The position numbers and the translations under genes were made by a program. The notes beneath the pieces are model-generated. The model had not been told where the DNA came from and did no database searches. It saw only the letters and a list, made by a program, of their open reading frames with translations. From Mobula hypostoma (taxonomy: Eukaryota), in contig NC_086108.1 in assembly GCF_963921235.1 (NCBI RefSeq), forward strand, positions 92,754,001 to 92,818,000: a DNA stretch of 64,000 bases, in the 5' to 3' direction. This document shows, piece after piece, positions 12,704 through 23,799 of this stretch. Each line of letters begins with the position of its first letter. Position 1 is the stretch's first letter.

Positions 12704-13802
12704 TCAATCTATCTCGCTCCCCTGGATTTGTTCTTGTACCTGGTGAATATTCAGAGAATCTCGCACAAACTGCTCCGCTTTCTGGTAGTCATCAAAAAAT
12801 CTTTTTTCTCCACCAGGCAAAAAAATCTTCAAGGTTGCAGGATAACGCAATATAAATTGATAACCGTGATCCCATAGGGTTTTTTTCACTGGATTAAATT
12901 TCTTCCTTCTCTTCAAAAGTTCATAACTTATATCAGGGTAGAAAAAAACTTTGTTCCCTTGAATCATCAATGGCCCTTTTCTATCCTTGGCAGCTCGAGC
13001 AGCTGCCTGTAGAATCCTTGTCTTGAAATCTTAAGAATTTTATTAAAATCGATCGTGGATATTGGTCATCTTTTGGTTTTGGTCTTAGAGCTCTATGTGC
13101 CCGCTCAATTTCAATTGGTCGAACCTCCTCTTCCATTTGCAAAACTTCCGGGATCCATCTTTGAAAAAATTCTATTGGTTTTTCTCCCTCCGTACCTTCT
13201 TTAAGACCAACGATTTTAATATTATTACGTCTACTGAAATTTTCCAACATGTCCACTTTCTCCAAGAGTCGATTTCTTTCCAAGTTCCAGACAAGCAGAT
13301 CATTTTCTGTTTTTTCCACTCTATCATTCATTTGCCCCATTGCTCTTTCCATCTTCTGAAGCTTCTTATCCATTTTGTCCTGTCTTTCCATAGCTTTATT
13401 ATAGCACATCTTCGTATCTCTAAGCTCTTCTCTTACTTTTCTTAGTTCAGCCGTTAATTGCAATATAGCCTCTCTTATGTTTCTATCATCTCCTTTACTT
13501 CCAATCGCTTCCAATTCTTCCTCCTCTTCTTCATCTGTGTTCTCTGCAGAATCCAATTCTGACTCTGGGTCATTTTCAATTGCAGTGGCTGTCGGTTCTT
13601 GTAGTTTGAGTTGTGTCGATTTGCGCATGCGCAATTCCGTTGTCTTCTTCGGAGCAACCTCTGCCACCGCCATTGCTCCCTGTTCTACCGAAGGAGATCC
13701 AACCTGAGTCCAAGGCTTCATCGTTGCAGTAGGCCCTTTTTTCTTCCCCTCTCGCGGCTGCTTCGCAACAGCAGACTTCTTTTGTTGCAGTTTAGGAGGC
13801 AT
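12704..13802 (-). pseudogene. L1 ORF1 (coiled coil, RRM, CTD), frameshifted near 13015
   Basis: Motifs LENFSRRNNIKIVGL and IEIERAHR, then VFFYPDIS and LRYPATLKI in another frame. Confidence 0.9.
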
Positions 13803-14036
13803 ATCGTAAAGTAGTCTTACAAAGCTTATAAATAGTTTTCAGAAAGTATTTATTAACTTTGTTTTATTAAACGGTACTTTGCTGATTTTTTTACGGGAGA
13901 GCTGGATTTACACGTCTCAATCCCACGTCATCACGTGACGCCCCCCCCTTACTTTTGTTATTTGAACAGGAATTGCTGTGTAAGTTGGTTTGTCAAATGT
14001 TCCAGTGTTGATTTACTTAATTTTTTTTCTGGCCAG

Positions 14037-14153
14037 GCAAAAACTAAAGGCTTTCAGACGAGAATGGATATTGGAGTTAAGTATGCAGATAAGCAAGAGA
14101 GGCACTTTGAAGAAGAAAAACTGAAGGCTGGACAAAGTGTAATTGGGCTTCAG
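14037..14153 (+). CDS. CNN3: Calponin-3 internal exon
   Basis: T-tract plus ccag acceptor, cag|gtactc donor. 117 nt encoding AKTKGFQTRMDIGVKYADKQERHFEEEKLKAGQSVIGLQ, in frame with the previous exon. Confidence 0.96.
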
Positions 14154-14219
14154 GTACTCAGTGATTTTTTATTACTCTATAAATGGTGATCAACGCCTTG
14201 ATTTAGTTTGGAGTGTGTG

Positions 14220-14526
14220 AGCGACGTGGTAGCATAGTGGTTAGCGCAGCTACTTTACTGCGCCGGGCATCACTGATCAGCGTTTGGTTCCCGCCACAGT
14301 ACGCGAGTTCTCCCTGTGACCATGTGAGTTTCCTCCAAAACTCCACTTTCTTCCCACATTCCAGAAGCATACTGATCAGGGTTAGTAAGTTCTAGACATG
14401 CCGTTCACCGAAAGCATGGTGACGCTGGCATGCTGCCCCAACACAATCCTTGCTGATTTGATTTGGCATGTTTCACTGCAATTTTCTTTTGACATTTTGA
14501 TGTACGTGTGATAAATAAAGCTAATT
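14220..14526 (+). mobile_element. V-domain SINE
   Basis: gtagcatagtggttagc head, V-domain remnant and tail tgtgataaataaagctaat. Confidence 0.75.
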
Positions 14527-14855
14527 TTCTGTTCTGCATTTTGATAAATATATTTTGGAAAATAGCGAAATTAGGAAGGGAAAAAATTGTTGGTTTCCCA
14601 ATTTGTTTTATCTAGATTACAGGGATTAAGTTCCTAACTTATCAATGAAACAATGTCAGGCTGGTGGAGAATCAGCGTCGGCTGTGAATGAGTATTGACA
14701 TTACGTAAAACAGGGACACCATTGGCTTCCTGACCAAATGGTCCCCAGGTTCTTGTCACTGTGTTTGCACTGTGTTTATAACATGTGTTGATTCCTGAGG
14801 TTGGGTGTGAGGACTTGCAATGCACTCATTCTGATGCTGTTCTGAGTAACAATTA

Positions 14856-15290
14856 ACTCTTTGTTTTCTGTCAGCCAGCCAATTTTCAATCCATGTCAGT
14901 ACTCTGCCCACAATATCATGTGCCCTAATTTTGCTCACTAATCTCCTACGTGGGACTTTATCAAAGGCTTTCTGAAAGTCCAGGTACACTACATCCACTG
15001 GCTCTCCCTTGTCCATTTTCATAGTTACATCCTCAAAAAATTCCAGAAGATTAGTCAAGCATGATTTCCCCTTCGTAAATCCAAGCTGACTCGGACCAAT
15101 CCTGTTACTACTATCCAGATGTGTCGTAATTTCATCTTTTATAATTGACTCCAGCATCTTTCCCACCACTGATGTCAGGCTAACCGGTCTATAATTCCCT
15201 GTTTTCTCTCTTCCTCCCTTCTTGAAGAGAGGGACAACATTAGCCACCCTCGAATCCACAGGAACTGATCCTGAATCTATAGAACATTGG
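14856..15290 (-). mobile_element. Internal CR1 RT fragment lacking the 3' end
   Basis: Open frame VANVVPLFKKG...NYRPVSLTS...YLDFQKAFDKVP...RKQRV. Confidence 0.9.
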
Positions 15291-15621
15291 ATTAAACTGT
15301 TTGAGGTGGTTTCCCTACCATTTTTCCGTTTCTATCATAAACCCTGATTTGAAACTACCTGCATTCTAACTTGGGGCACATTATAATTATTCCTTTGACT
15401 TTCCCCATCTCTTCTGGGATGTAGCTCTGTAGGTACTGATCGTACTTTTACCTGTTATGACTGAGCTTTACTAAAGTGAGTCTCACATGTACAGTAATAA
15501 TCCTTAGCCGGGTTAACACTGGTTGTTGTGCAACTTGAACATTGATGGGACTCATTTGTTCTAAAGTGTGTGGCTTCAGGGCCTCAGTTTTCCCATTGAA
15601 ATGGCTGATGCCTGGGGGCAG

Positions 15622-15879
15622 AATTTTAATGTGACTGGAGGAAAGTATAGAGGGAAATGTCAGAGGTAAGATTTGTTTTTACATAATGTGGTAGTGTGGT
15701 AATGTAATGGCTGGCCAGGAGTGATGGTAGAGGCTGCTACATTAGGGACGTTTAAGAAACTCTTAGGTGCACGGATGATATGTAGGAGGGAAGGGTTAGA
15801 TTGATATTAGAGTGGGTTAAAGGTTAGTCCAAAATTGCAGGATGAAGGGCCTGAACTGTGCTGGAGTGCTGTATGTTCT
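15622..15879 (+). mobile_element. CR1 3' end fragment
   Basis: Similar to 28240-28508. Ends with the CR1 3' terminus gaagggcctgaactgtgctg...tatgttct. Confidence 0.75.
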
Positions 15880-15900
15880 TAAAAATAATCTTTATTTCAG

Positions 15901-16047
15901 ATGGGAACCAACAAATGTGCCAGCCAAGCGGGCATGACTGCCTATGGCACTCGAAGACACCTTTATGATCCAAAAACTCATACTGAGAAGCCATATGATC
16001 AAACAACCATAAGCCTTCAGATGGGGACAAACAAAGGTGCAAGTCAG
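15901..16047 (+). CDS. CNN3: Calponin-3 internal exon (calponin/CLIK repeats)
   Basis: tttcag acceptor, cag|gtaacg donor. 147 nt encoding [49 protein letters not shown]. Confidence 0.97.
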
Positions 16048-17721
16048 GTAACGTAAATAATTGTTCCTGTGTATTTTGATGCAGTGCTGTTAAGATGCGT
16101 GTGTGATGTGTTTTTTTTTAGTTTTTCTGCCCCAGCTGAAACTGGAATCTTGCTTGATAACTGATCTGCATTATTATATGACTCATGTAATCATCCTTGT
16201 TGTAATCTTTATCATTATTTTTGTTTACATAACCACTTTGCTAAAGAAGTAAGCAAGACATGGAAGGAAGAATAGGCTGTTTGGCCCCACTGTACCGTGA
16301 GCCTGTGCTCCTTATAGATTCTCAGTTATGGGGACAAGTTTACTATTATATACCCTGTCTATACCCCTCATAATTTTAGATCCCTTTACTAGGACCTCCC
16401 TTGGTTCTCTCTGCTCCAGTGAAAATAAATCCAGTCTACCCAATCTTTCCTCATAACTGAAATGCCCCAAATGGGCAAAATTCTTTCTCCACCCTCTGCA
16501 ATATAATCTGCATTACCTTAAAGTCTTGTCAAATGTACTGAGTCTGCATAACTCCTGGATGGTGATTTCCAAATACTCAAAGAAACTTTATGAATAGCAG
16601 CCCACATATTTTAAGACTGACATGTTCCATCTGTCAAGCTCTGTAAAAATTGTGTGTCTCTTCTCTTTCATTCCTTGTATCCATCCCTTTGTTTTGTCGT
16701 CACAGCACAAGCAGAACCCAGTTGCCTTGGATTTGTTCACCGAATCACTTAATTTTAGAAACAACCTCTTCCCCTCTGCCATCAGATTTCTGAATGGTCC
16801 ACAAACTCCTTCTCTTTTTACACTAATTTGCTTTATATTTCGAAGTGTAACTTGCAGTAATTTTGTATTGTACTAAACTGCTTTCACAAAATAATGCTTT
16901 TCATGACACATGTTAGTGATTATGATTCACTAAACCAGTCTTAAAAGAAGTATGTGGGGGGGCGGGGGGAACAAAAGCTGTTGGCTACTGAGTGCTGGTG
17001 TTTGCAGAGATCTTCATACCACCCACTGATCTATCAGGCATTTTGAGCAAATACCATGAAAAATGCTGGCTTTTACCTCCTGGGCTCCACTAACCGGCAT
17101 TCAGGTTCGATATTCTTCAGAGCAGCTTGAGTCAGGGGAGTGGAGCACACCTGGATGCTGAACTCCTGACAATATCTTCCCCAGTTAGTGGAGCAGAATC
17201 TGGCCACAGTGTGCAGTGTGTTGCACATGATTAAAGACGAAATGGCCGAGTTGCAAAAATCTTCAGAGGCAGCAGGATTTCAACAGTAAGGCAGATAAAG
17301 GTGATGTAAAGGCAGTTTGTTAAATGTAGCAGTTTCATTGACTCAGTGATTCTTGGAATTCTAGTCTACGGATTTCCCTTGCAGAAAAAGCTATTTTTAA
17401 TGCATGTTTCTCTGTATATATGCAGTTCGATCCATGTGTGATAACAGCGCTGATCCACATACATGTGTGCCTTAGTGAATGGGGTGGAGTTGATTACACT
17501 TTTCACATCATGTTAAAACTTCTGTAGGATAAGGTCTGCAGTACTAGTCACAGCAGGCACTAAGGATGGTATGGATGGGGCATTTGAAGAATGTTTTAGT
17601 AACTTGTTTGTATATGTTGAAAGGTCTCAGTCCGAAACGTCGACTGTTCATCCCTCCCCATAGGTGCTGCCTGACCTGCTGAGTTCCTCCAGTATTTTGT
17701 GTTACTGTAGATATTCCACAA

Positions 17722-18160
17722 GTTCAAAGTAAATTTATTAGTGCATATGTCACCAGGTACAGCCCTGAGATTAATTTTCTTGTGGGATACTCAGTAAATC
17801 CTTAATAGAACCAAAGGAAGACTGCACCAATTATGTTCAACCAATGTGCAAAAGACAACAAACTGTTTAAATACAAAAATAAAGAATTGATAATAAACAA
17901 TAAAAATCAAGAATCTGAGATGTTGAGTCCTTGAAAATTAATCCATAGTTTGTGGGAGCATTTCAATGAAGTTGAGTGGTTATTTATTCCCTTTGGTTCA
18001 AGAGCTTTACAGTCGAAGGATAATAGCAATTCTTGAACCTGGTGGTGTGGGTCCTGAGCCTCCTGTACCTTCCCAATGGCAGCAGTGAGAAGAAAGCATG
18101 TCTTGTTGAGGTCCCTAATGATGAATGCTGTCTTCCTGTGACAACACTTCATGTAGGTGT
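17722..18160 (-). mobile_element. Rex1/Babar-type LINE 3' fragment
   Basis: Encodes an RTHTTRFKNCYYP-like C-terminus. The 3' UTR ends in aataaatttactttgaac. Confidence 0.65.
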
Positions 18161-18594
18161 ACTTTTAATGAAATCATTGTCATCGATCTGCTTATTTTAG
18201 TAGCAGATGTAATATTGTTGGATCTTACCCAGAATCTTCAACCCTGTTTTGTTCAGTCAGTCTCTGGCTGCTGAACACCTGTACTTGAGTAAACTGTCAT
18301 TCAATGCCAGTGGCTGGGGGTCCTGCTCAGGATGTTCCCATTTCCAGTTTTGCCTTCCTTGCATTTCTTACTCTGTAACTTTCTCTGGTCCCTTGTGTAA
18401 ATTCAAATTCCCTAGAGTTGATCTATTGAGTTGAGTGAATTTTTTTGGTTCCATGAAATATTAACAAACCCAGATTTTCTAGGCTCTGCAAATTTGGCCT
18501 CAGGTAACCACCATGATATTTACATCTTCTGCTCTGAACAGATGTGACAAAATCTGGTATTGGTTGTATTGGACCTGACCCAAAGCCTATGTGT

Positions 18595-19383
18595 CAGAAT
18601 CAGAATCGGGTTTATTATCACTGGCATGTGACGTGAAATTTGTTAACTTAGCAGTTCAGTGCAATACATAATCTAGCAGAGATATAAAAATAATAATAAA
18701 TAAACAAGTAAAACAGTTACGTATGCTGAATGGATTTTTTTTTAATGTGCAAAAACAGAAGTACTGTATATTTTTTAAAAAAGTGAGATAATGTCCAAAG
18801 CTTCAATGTCCATTTAGGAATTGGATAGCAGAGGGGCAGGAGCTGTACCTGAATTGCTGAGTGTGTGCCTTTGGGCTTCTGTATCTCCTACCTGATGGTA
18901 ACAGTGAGAAAAAGGCATTCCCTGGGTGCTGGAGGTCCTTAATAATGGACCCTGCAGCTTCTTTCGGTCCTGTGCAGTAACCCCTCCATACCAGACAGTA
19001 ATGCAGCCTGTCAGAATGCTCTCCATGATACAGCTATAGAAGTTTTTGAGTGTATTTGTTGATATGCCAAATCAATATAGCCGCTGTCTTGCTGCCTTTA
19101 TGACTACGTCAATATGTTGGGACCAGATTAGACCTCAGAGATGTTGATGCCCAGGAACTTGAAGCTGTTCACTCTCTCCACTTCTGATCCCTCTGAGGAT
19201 TGGTATGTGCTCCTTTGTCTTGGCCTTCCTGAAGTCCACAACCAGCTCTTTCGTCTTAATGAAGTTGAGTGCCATGTTGCTGTGGCACCATTCCACTAGT
19301 TGGCATATCTCACTCCTGTACACCCTCTTGTCACCACCTGAGATTCTACCAACAACGGTTGTATCGTCAGTGCATTTGTACGT
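18595..19383 (-). mobile_element. Rex1/Babar-type LINE 3' fragment
   Basis: KTKELVVDFRK and MESILTGCITVWYG motifs. (ATTCTG)n-like tail. Confidence 0.85.
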
Positions 19384-19583
19384 TTGATCAGTGCATTCAA
19401 GACCCCTTTATCCAGAGTAGAGAGAGGTGGCCGGTGGTTTTTGTCAAATCAGGTGTGATGACCAAATTGAGTTTGGTAATTGCCTTTTGAACTTCGTCTT
19501 ACCAATACCTTAACCTGGACAAATAAAACATTCCAGCATTAAAGTCCTGATTACTTGATTTTTTTTCTCTTCACTTTTTCTAG

Positions 19584-19937
19584 GCTGGCATGACAGCCCC
19601 AGGTACCAGAAGACACATCTATGACCAAAAGGTGTCAACAGAGAAGTGTGACACCTCCACAATATCATTGCAGATGGGCACCAATAAAGGGGCTTCCCAA
19701 ACGGGTATGACTGTATACGGCCTGGGACGACAAGTGTATGACTCCAAATATTGTGCCACCCCAACTGAGCCTGTCATTCACAATGGAAGCCAGGGAACAA
19801 ATGGCTCGGAGTATAGCGATGGAGATTACCAAGGTGACTATGCAGGTGAATACCCAGATGAGTATCCTGCAGAGTATCAGGATGAGTACCAAGGAGATTA
19901 CCGTGGTGATTACTCTGATCACGGTGTTGATTATTAA
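19584..19937 (+). CDS. CNN3: Calponin-3 last coding exon with acidic C-terminal tail
   Basis: Long pyrimidine tract plus tag acceptor. Encodes [16 protein letters not shown]...[16 protein letters not shown]...DHGVDY, then tandem stops TAA TGA. The acidic tail identifies CNN3 rather than CNN1 or CNN2. Confidence 0.96.
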   Translation, partial: AGMTAPGTRRHIYDQKVSTEKCDTSTISLQMGTNKGASQTGMTVYGLGRQVYDSKYCATPTEPVIHNGSQGTNGSEYSDGDYQGDYAGEYPDEYPAEYQDEYQGDYRGDYSDHGVDY

Positions 19938-21095
19938 TGATCAGTATTATGGCCCATGAACTAGCTAGACAGCTTTGATTTTGCTACAGTCTTCCATGAA
20001 TTTAAAGGCCCTAAAGATTGGATTCCTGGCTTTTCTGTACACAGCTAATCCATAAATCAGTATTTTGCTGTCTTGCTTTTCTAGTTTTTCTTTCATTGCC
20101 ACGTGCTGGTAACAGTAATTACCACTTTAAGTACTGGAGATAATTGATTTTCACTCACTTGAAGGAAAGTTCCTAAAAGTCAACTTTTCAGAATCCATAC
20201 CTAGCACCTCCCCACTTTTTAAAATTTGGTGGATTGATTTTATTTACCACATTTATACACATTTTATTGAATCTTGAGAGCGCCTGAAATATTCACTTTT
20301 TAGGATATCCCTTAAACCAATGCAACGTATTTGTTGCACAGAGTTGCTGCCTGTTATGACACAGTGGCAAATGATAAAGTGCTGAAATCAGTGTAAATGT
20401 GCATTTACTGCTAGTCACTGTCATATTCTTTAGTCGTATAATTTTTCTAATCTTCATAACCTAAATTAATGGGACCAATGCCTTTTCAAATACACAACCT
20501 TAAGTGAGCACAAAGCCAAGATGGAAATCATGTTTGTTAAGATGGATTATAGCCCTTAATGTTTGTATTGATCAATTTTCAATTTATCTGTATAAGATTT
20601 TTTTTTGACTGTGCCATTCAACACACTTGTGGTAAAGGGCTCAAAACTTAACTATGTTAAATGGTTAACCATGCCTTAAACCTTTACATCCTGGAATGTT
20701 GAACAACAAAACTAGTTATGCGGTATGAAAGTACCAAACACTTTTACATCTTTATGTAACACATTGTTGGGATCGTTGGGGCTTTGTGTGTATGAAGAGA
20801 CTAAAGCTCGTGACTGAAAACTGAAATGTTCCTTTCACTACCATTAACCGAATGGGCAAAGCAGTTTGCAAATTTAGGTGACTGAATAAATGCCTGTACT
20901 AAAAAGGGACACTACAAATGCTGTATGCTTTCTCATTTTTGCTATAGATTAAATGTATTTTACTTATGTGCCATATTTTATCCATGTAGGAATTCTCTCC
21001 TCATTTTTTGTATTTATTGCCATTTTCTTTGGCATAAGTCTTTGTCTATGGTCCATTTTTTTTGTGAATAAAAAATTACTATAGAAACAACTTAT
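19938..21095 (+). promoter_or_regulatory. CNN3: CNN3 3' UTR with candidate polyadenylation signals
   Basis: TE-free AT-rich sequence after the stop. AATAAA at 20885-20890 and 21067-21072, ATTAAA at 20948-20953. A U-rich element precedes and a pyrimidine-rich tract follows the distal signal. Confidence 0.65.
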
Positions 21096-21944
21096 TCACA
21101 CAAATAATTGTCCATTCCTTTCTTGTCTTATGATTGCATCTCCTGAAAGCCCTTTGGAGCACATCTAAATACTCTATAGTACAAGGGGTTTTAGATTTGG
21201 TGTATGCAAATGAATGATATGTTTTGTACAAATTTCAGCTTTGTTCACCATGTAACTGATTCCTACTGCATTTTATTTTGATGCTCCTTTTCATAATGTA
21301 CACCGTACAATGGAACAGCTTAAAAATTAGCAATCACTGTGGGTCCACTTTCCCCAACGTCAGGAAGATTCACAATTCAGTGAAAATTCAGTGCTTTTCA
21401 GAATTTGTATTATTGAAATATTAATAGACAAAATATTTACCGTTTTGAAATTTTATACACTCTAATTTTCATGTTTTAGCAGCTGGTGTGAGAAATCAGT
21501 GCAGAGGTGATCGCGTACATGCATGCTGCTCTGCCAGTTAAAAAGACCTCTACCCATTTCTGCCTGAATTTGCCATGTCAGCGGATTCTATTAGTGTCTA
21601 TGAGATTGAGCGTCAGTACCTCACTGCTGATAGAAGATTAGCAATCCCCCAGAGCAAAACCATTCCACCTCCTTCAGGCTCAAGTTAGCTGACTATTTTA
21701 TCCCATAATGCAGATGGAGGAAACATTTACCCATAATTTTGTTTTGGAATCTTGCTATAATTGAATTGTCTCCCCCCCCCCCCCCCACACCTTCCAAAAT
21801 AGTGTAGACCTGTTCCACAGTCACTGTTCCTTTTTTGCCAGGGGATCAGATTGTTGAATCTGCATTGTCACACTTCTTGGACTGAAAGTACTCCAGACGG
21901 CCTCGCCAAAGATCTGTAAAACTTTAAAGCTTCATTTCTGTTGT

Positions 21945-22350
21945 GCTCCATATCTGTTGCAACAAAGGTTAACATATCAATTCCCTTAACCTAAGCAGCC
22001 CATCCATGCCAGGCAAAGATCCACTGCATTTGTTACTTGTGATGTGGCTGCCTCAGCTTCCATTTCGGTGAGACTAATGCAGACCAGGCATCCATTCTGC
22101 AGAATATCTGAGCTTTCTGCAATCCCCACTCCAAAGTTCTTCAGCTCCCTTTTCCCATTCCCACACAATCCTATCTGTATTTGGCCTTTTCCAGTGCAAA
22201 CTTAGAGAATAACATCTTTTATCCTGCTTCAGTGTACAACTAATGCCATGGATGGTGAGTTTTTCAATTTCAGGTAACCAGCACTTCCAGGGCTCCTTTT
22301 CTTCTGTAACACCAAGGATCTTCTCTCCCTCACCTAGTTCCATCTGCCCA
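21945..22350 (+). mobile_element. Degraded Penelope-like GIY-YIG fragment
   Basis: Decayed HFGETN...FAEYL-type motifs followed by a pyrimidine-rich tail, as in the younger copies. Confidence 0.5.
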
Positions 22351-23407
22351 TCACCCCTCCCTTATTGCGTATTAGGTGGTCAAATGTAAGAAGGAAGTAT
22401 ACCGTAAATGGCAGGGCTCTTAGAGGCATTGATGTATGGGGGGGGGGAACTTTGGAGTGAAAGTTCATAGCTCCCGGAGCGTCAACGCAAGTTGGTTGTA
22501 AAGGTGTGCAGCATAGTTGCCTTCATTGGATCGCGCATTGAGAGGAAAAGTTGGTAAGTCATGTTGCATGTGTATAGAATTCTGGATGGAGCAGATGATG
22601 AGGATGGTCAATTGTCTTGTTAGAAAAGTTGGGCCTGATGTAGCAAAATCATAGATGAAGTTCACAGCCAATCCAAGGTAGGGACAGAGACACACTTTTA
22701 AACTTGTGTTTGATCAATGCAAGCCAGGAATACTGAATATTCTGGAAACATGATAATATCACGTGGAAAAGCAGTGAGTTGGTTAGATGACAAAGTTAAT
22801 GTTGGAATGGTGTTAAATACATTTTAAAGAAAAGGGGCCCTGCTGTTTCCATAAGATATAGGAGCATAATTAGGCCATTCGGCCCATCGAGTCTCCACAC
22901 ACTGCGGCTATTTCATTGAGGGTTTTTTTCATGTTTTCTAGAGCCATACAGTGGTAATTGTTGGGACATTTCTGGTCCATTGGGCAAGCTGAATTTCTGG
23001 GTGAGGTTTTTGACTGTTCAGTAAGTGATGGTGTCTGAACATAGAAGCCTGTGGTGCTGCTCCTGATTGCAAGCTGACAAGTGTGTTGCATGAGGCTGTA
23101 ATGAGTAAATGTGATATCCCAGGCTAATGGTCCATTCTTGACATCAAAATGGCAATATGGATGGTGGCATTCTAATAAACCATTGGGTGAACAATGTTTG
23201 CCGTTGTTGGAGTAATCGAACAAAAGAATTGATAAGTTTATCTGCAAAATGGCTTTACTCCATACAACATAATCAAATCTAAGCTTGAATGCTTGTTAGA
23301 AATAAATGTTTAACTGCAGTATATGATATACAGTTGTACAAAGGAATGCCTGGAGAATACAATATAGATGCAGTGAGTATACAGAAAGATGAAAATAGTT
23401 GACGCAT

Positions 23408-23705
23408 CAGTTTGCTCAGTGCTTTGCAATGCCATCTTTGGTTGGGGGTTCAATTCCCACTGCTGTCTGTAAGGTGTTTGTATCTTCTCCCTGTGACTAT
23501 GTTGGGTTTCCTCTGGGTATTCTGGTTCCATCCCACATTCCAAAGATGTGCAGTTAGATTTAGTGAGTTGTGGGCATGCTATGTTGGTGTTGGAAACATG
23601 GCAACACTTGTGAGCTGTGCAGCACAACCCTTGCTGACTTGATTTGACACATTTCCCTGTATGTTTCGATGTGCATGTGACAAGTAAAGCTAATCTCTAA
23701 TATTT
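23408..23705 (+). mobile_element. V-domain SINE
   Basis: B-box ggttcaattccc, V-domain and tail tgtgacaagtaaagctaatct. Confidence 0.8.
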
Positions 23706-23799
23706 AATCTCATCTTTGATGGAGATACACGATAGGATTGTTTGGGAAAATAAATTTCGAGGCTTCTAGGCATCATTGACAAGTCTGATATGTACTGTT

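Larger units (their letters stand above)
8250..13948 (-). mobile_element. Full-length, inactivated L1-clade LINE (~5.7 kb) in a CNN3 intron
   Basis: G-run 5' end, ORF1, spacer, ORF2, AATAAA (8266-8271 on -) and a short A tail. TSD TTACTTTT at 8242-8249 and 13949-13956. Confidence 0.95.

Noticed and set aside
19665..19959. Antisense and alternate-frame ORFs over the last CNN3 exon
   Set aside because: Shadow ORFs produced by the repetitive codons of the real exon.
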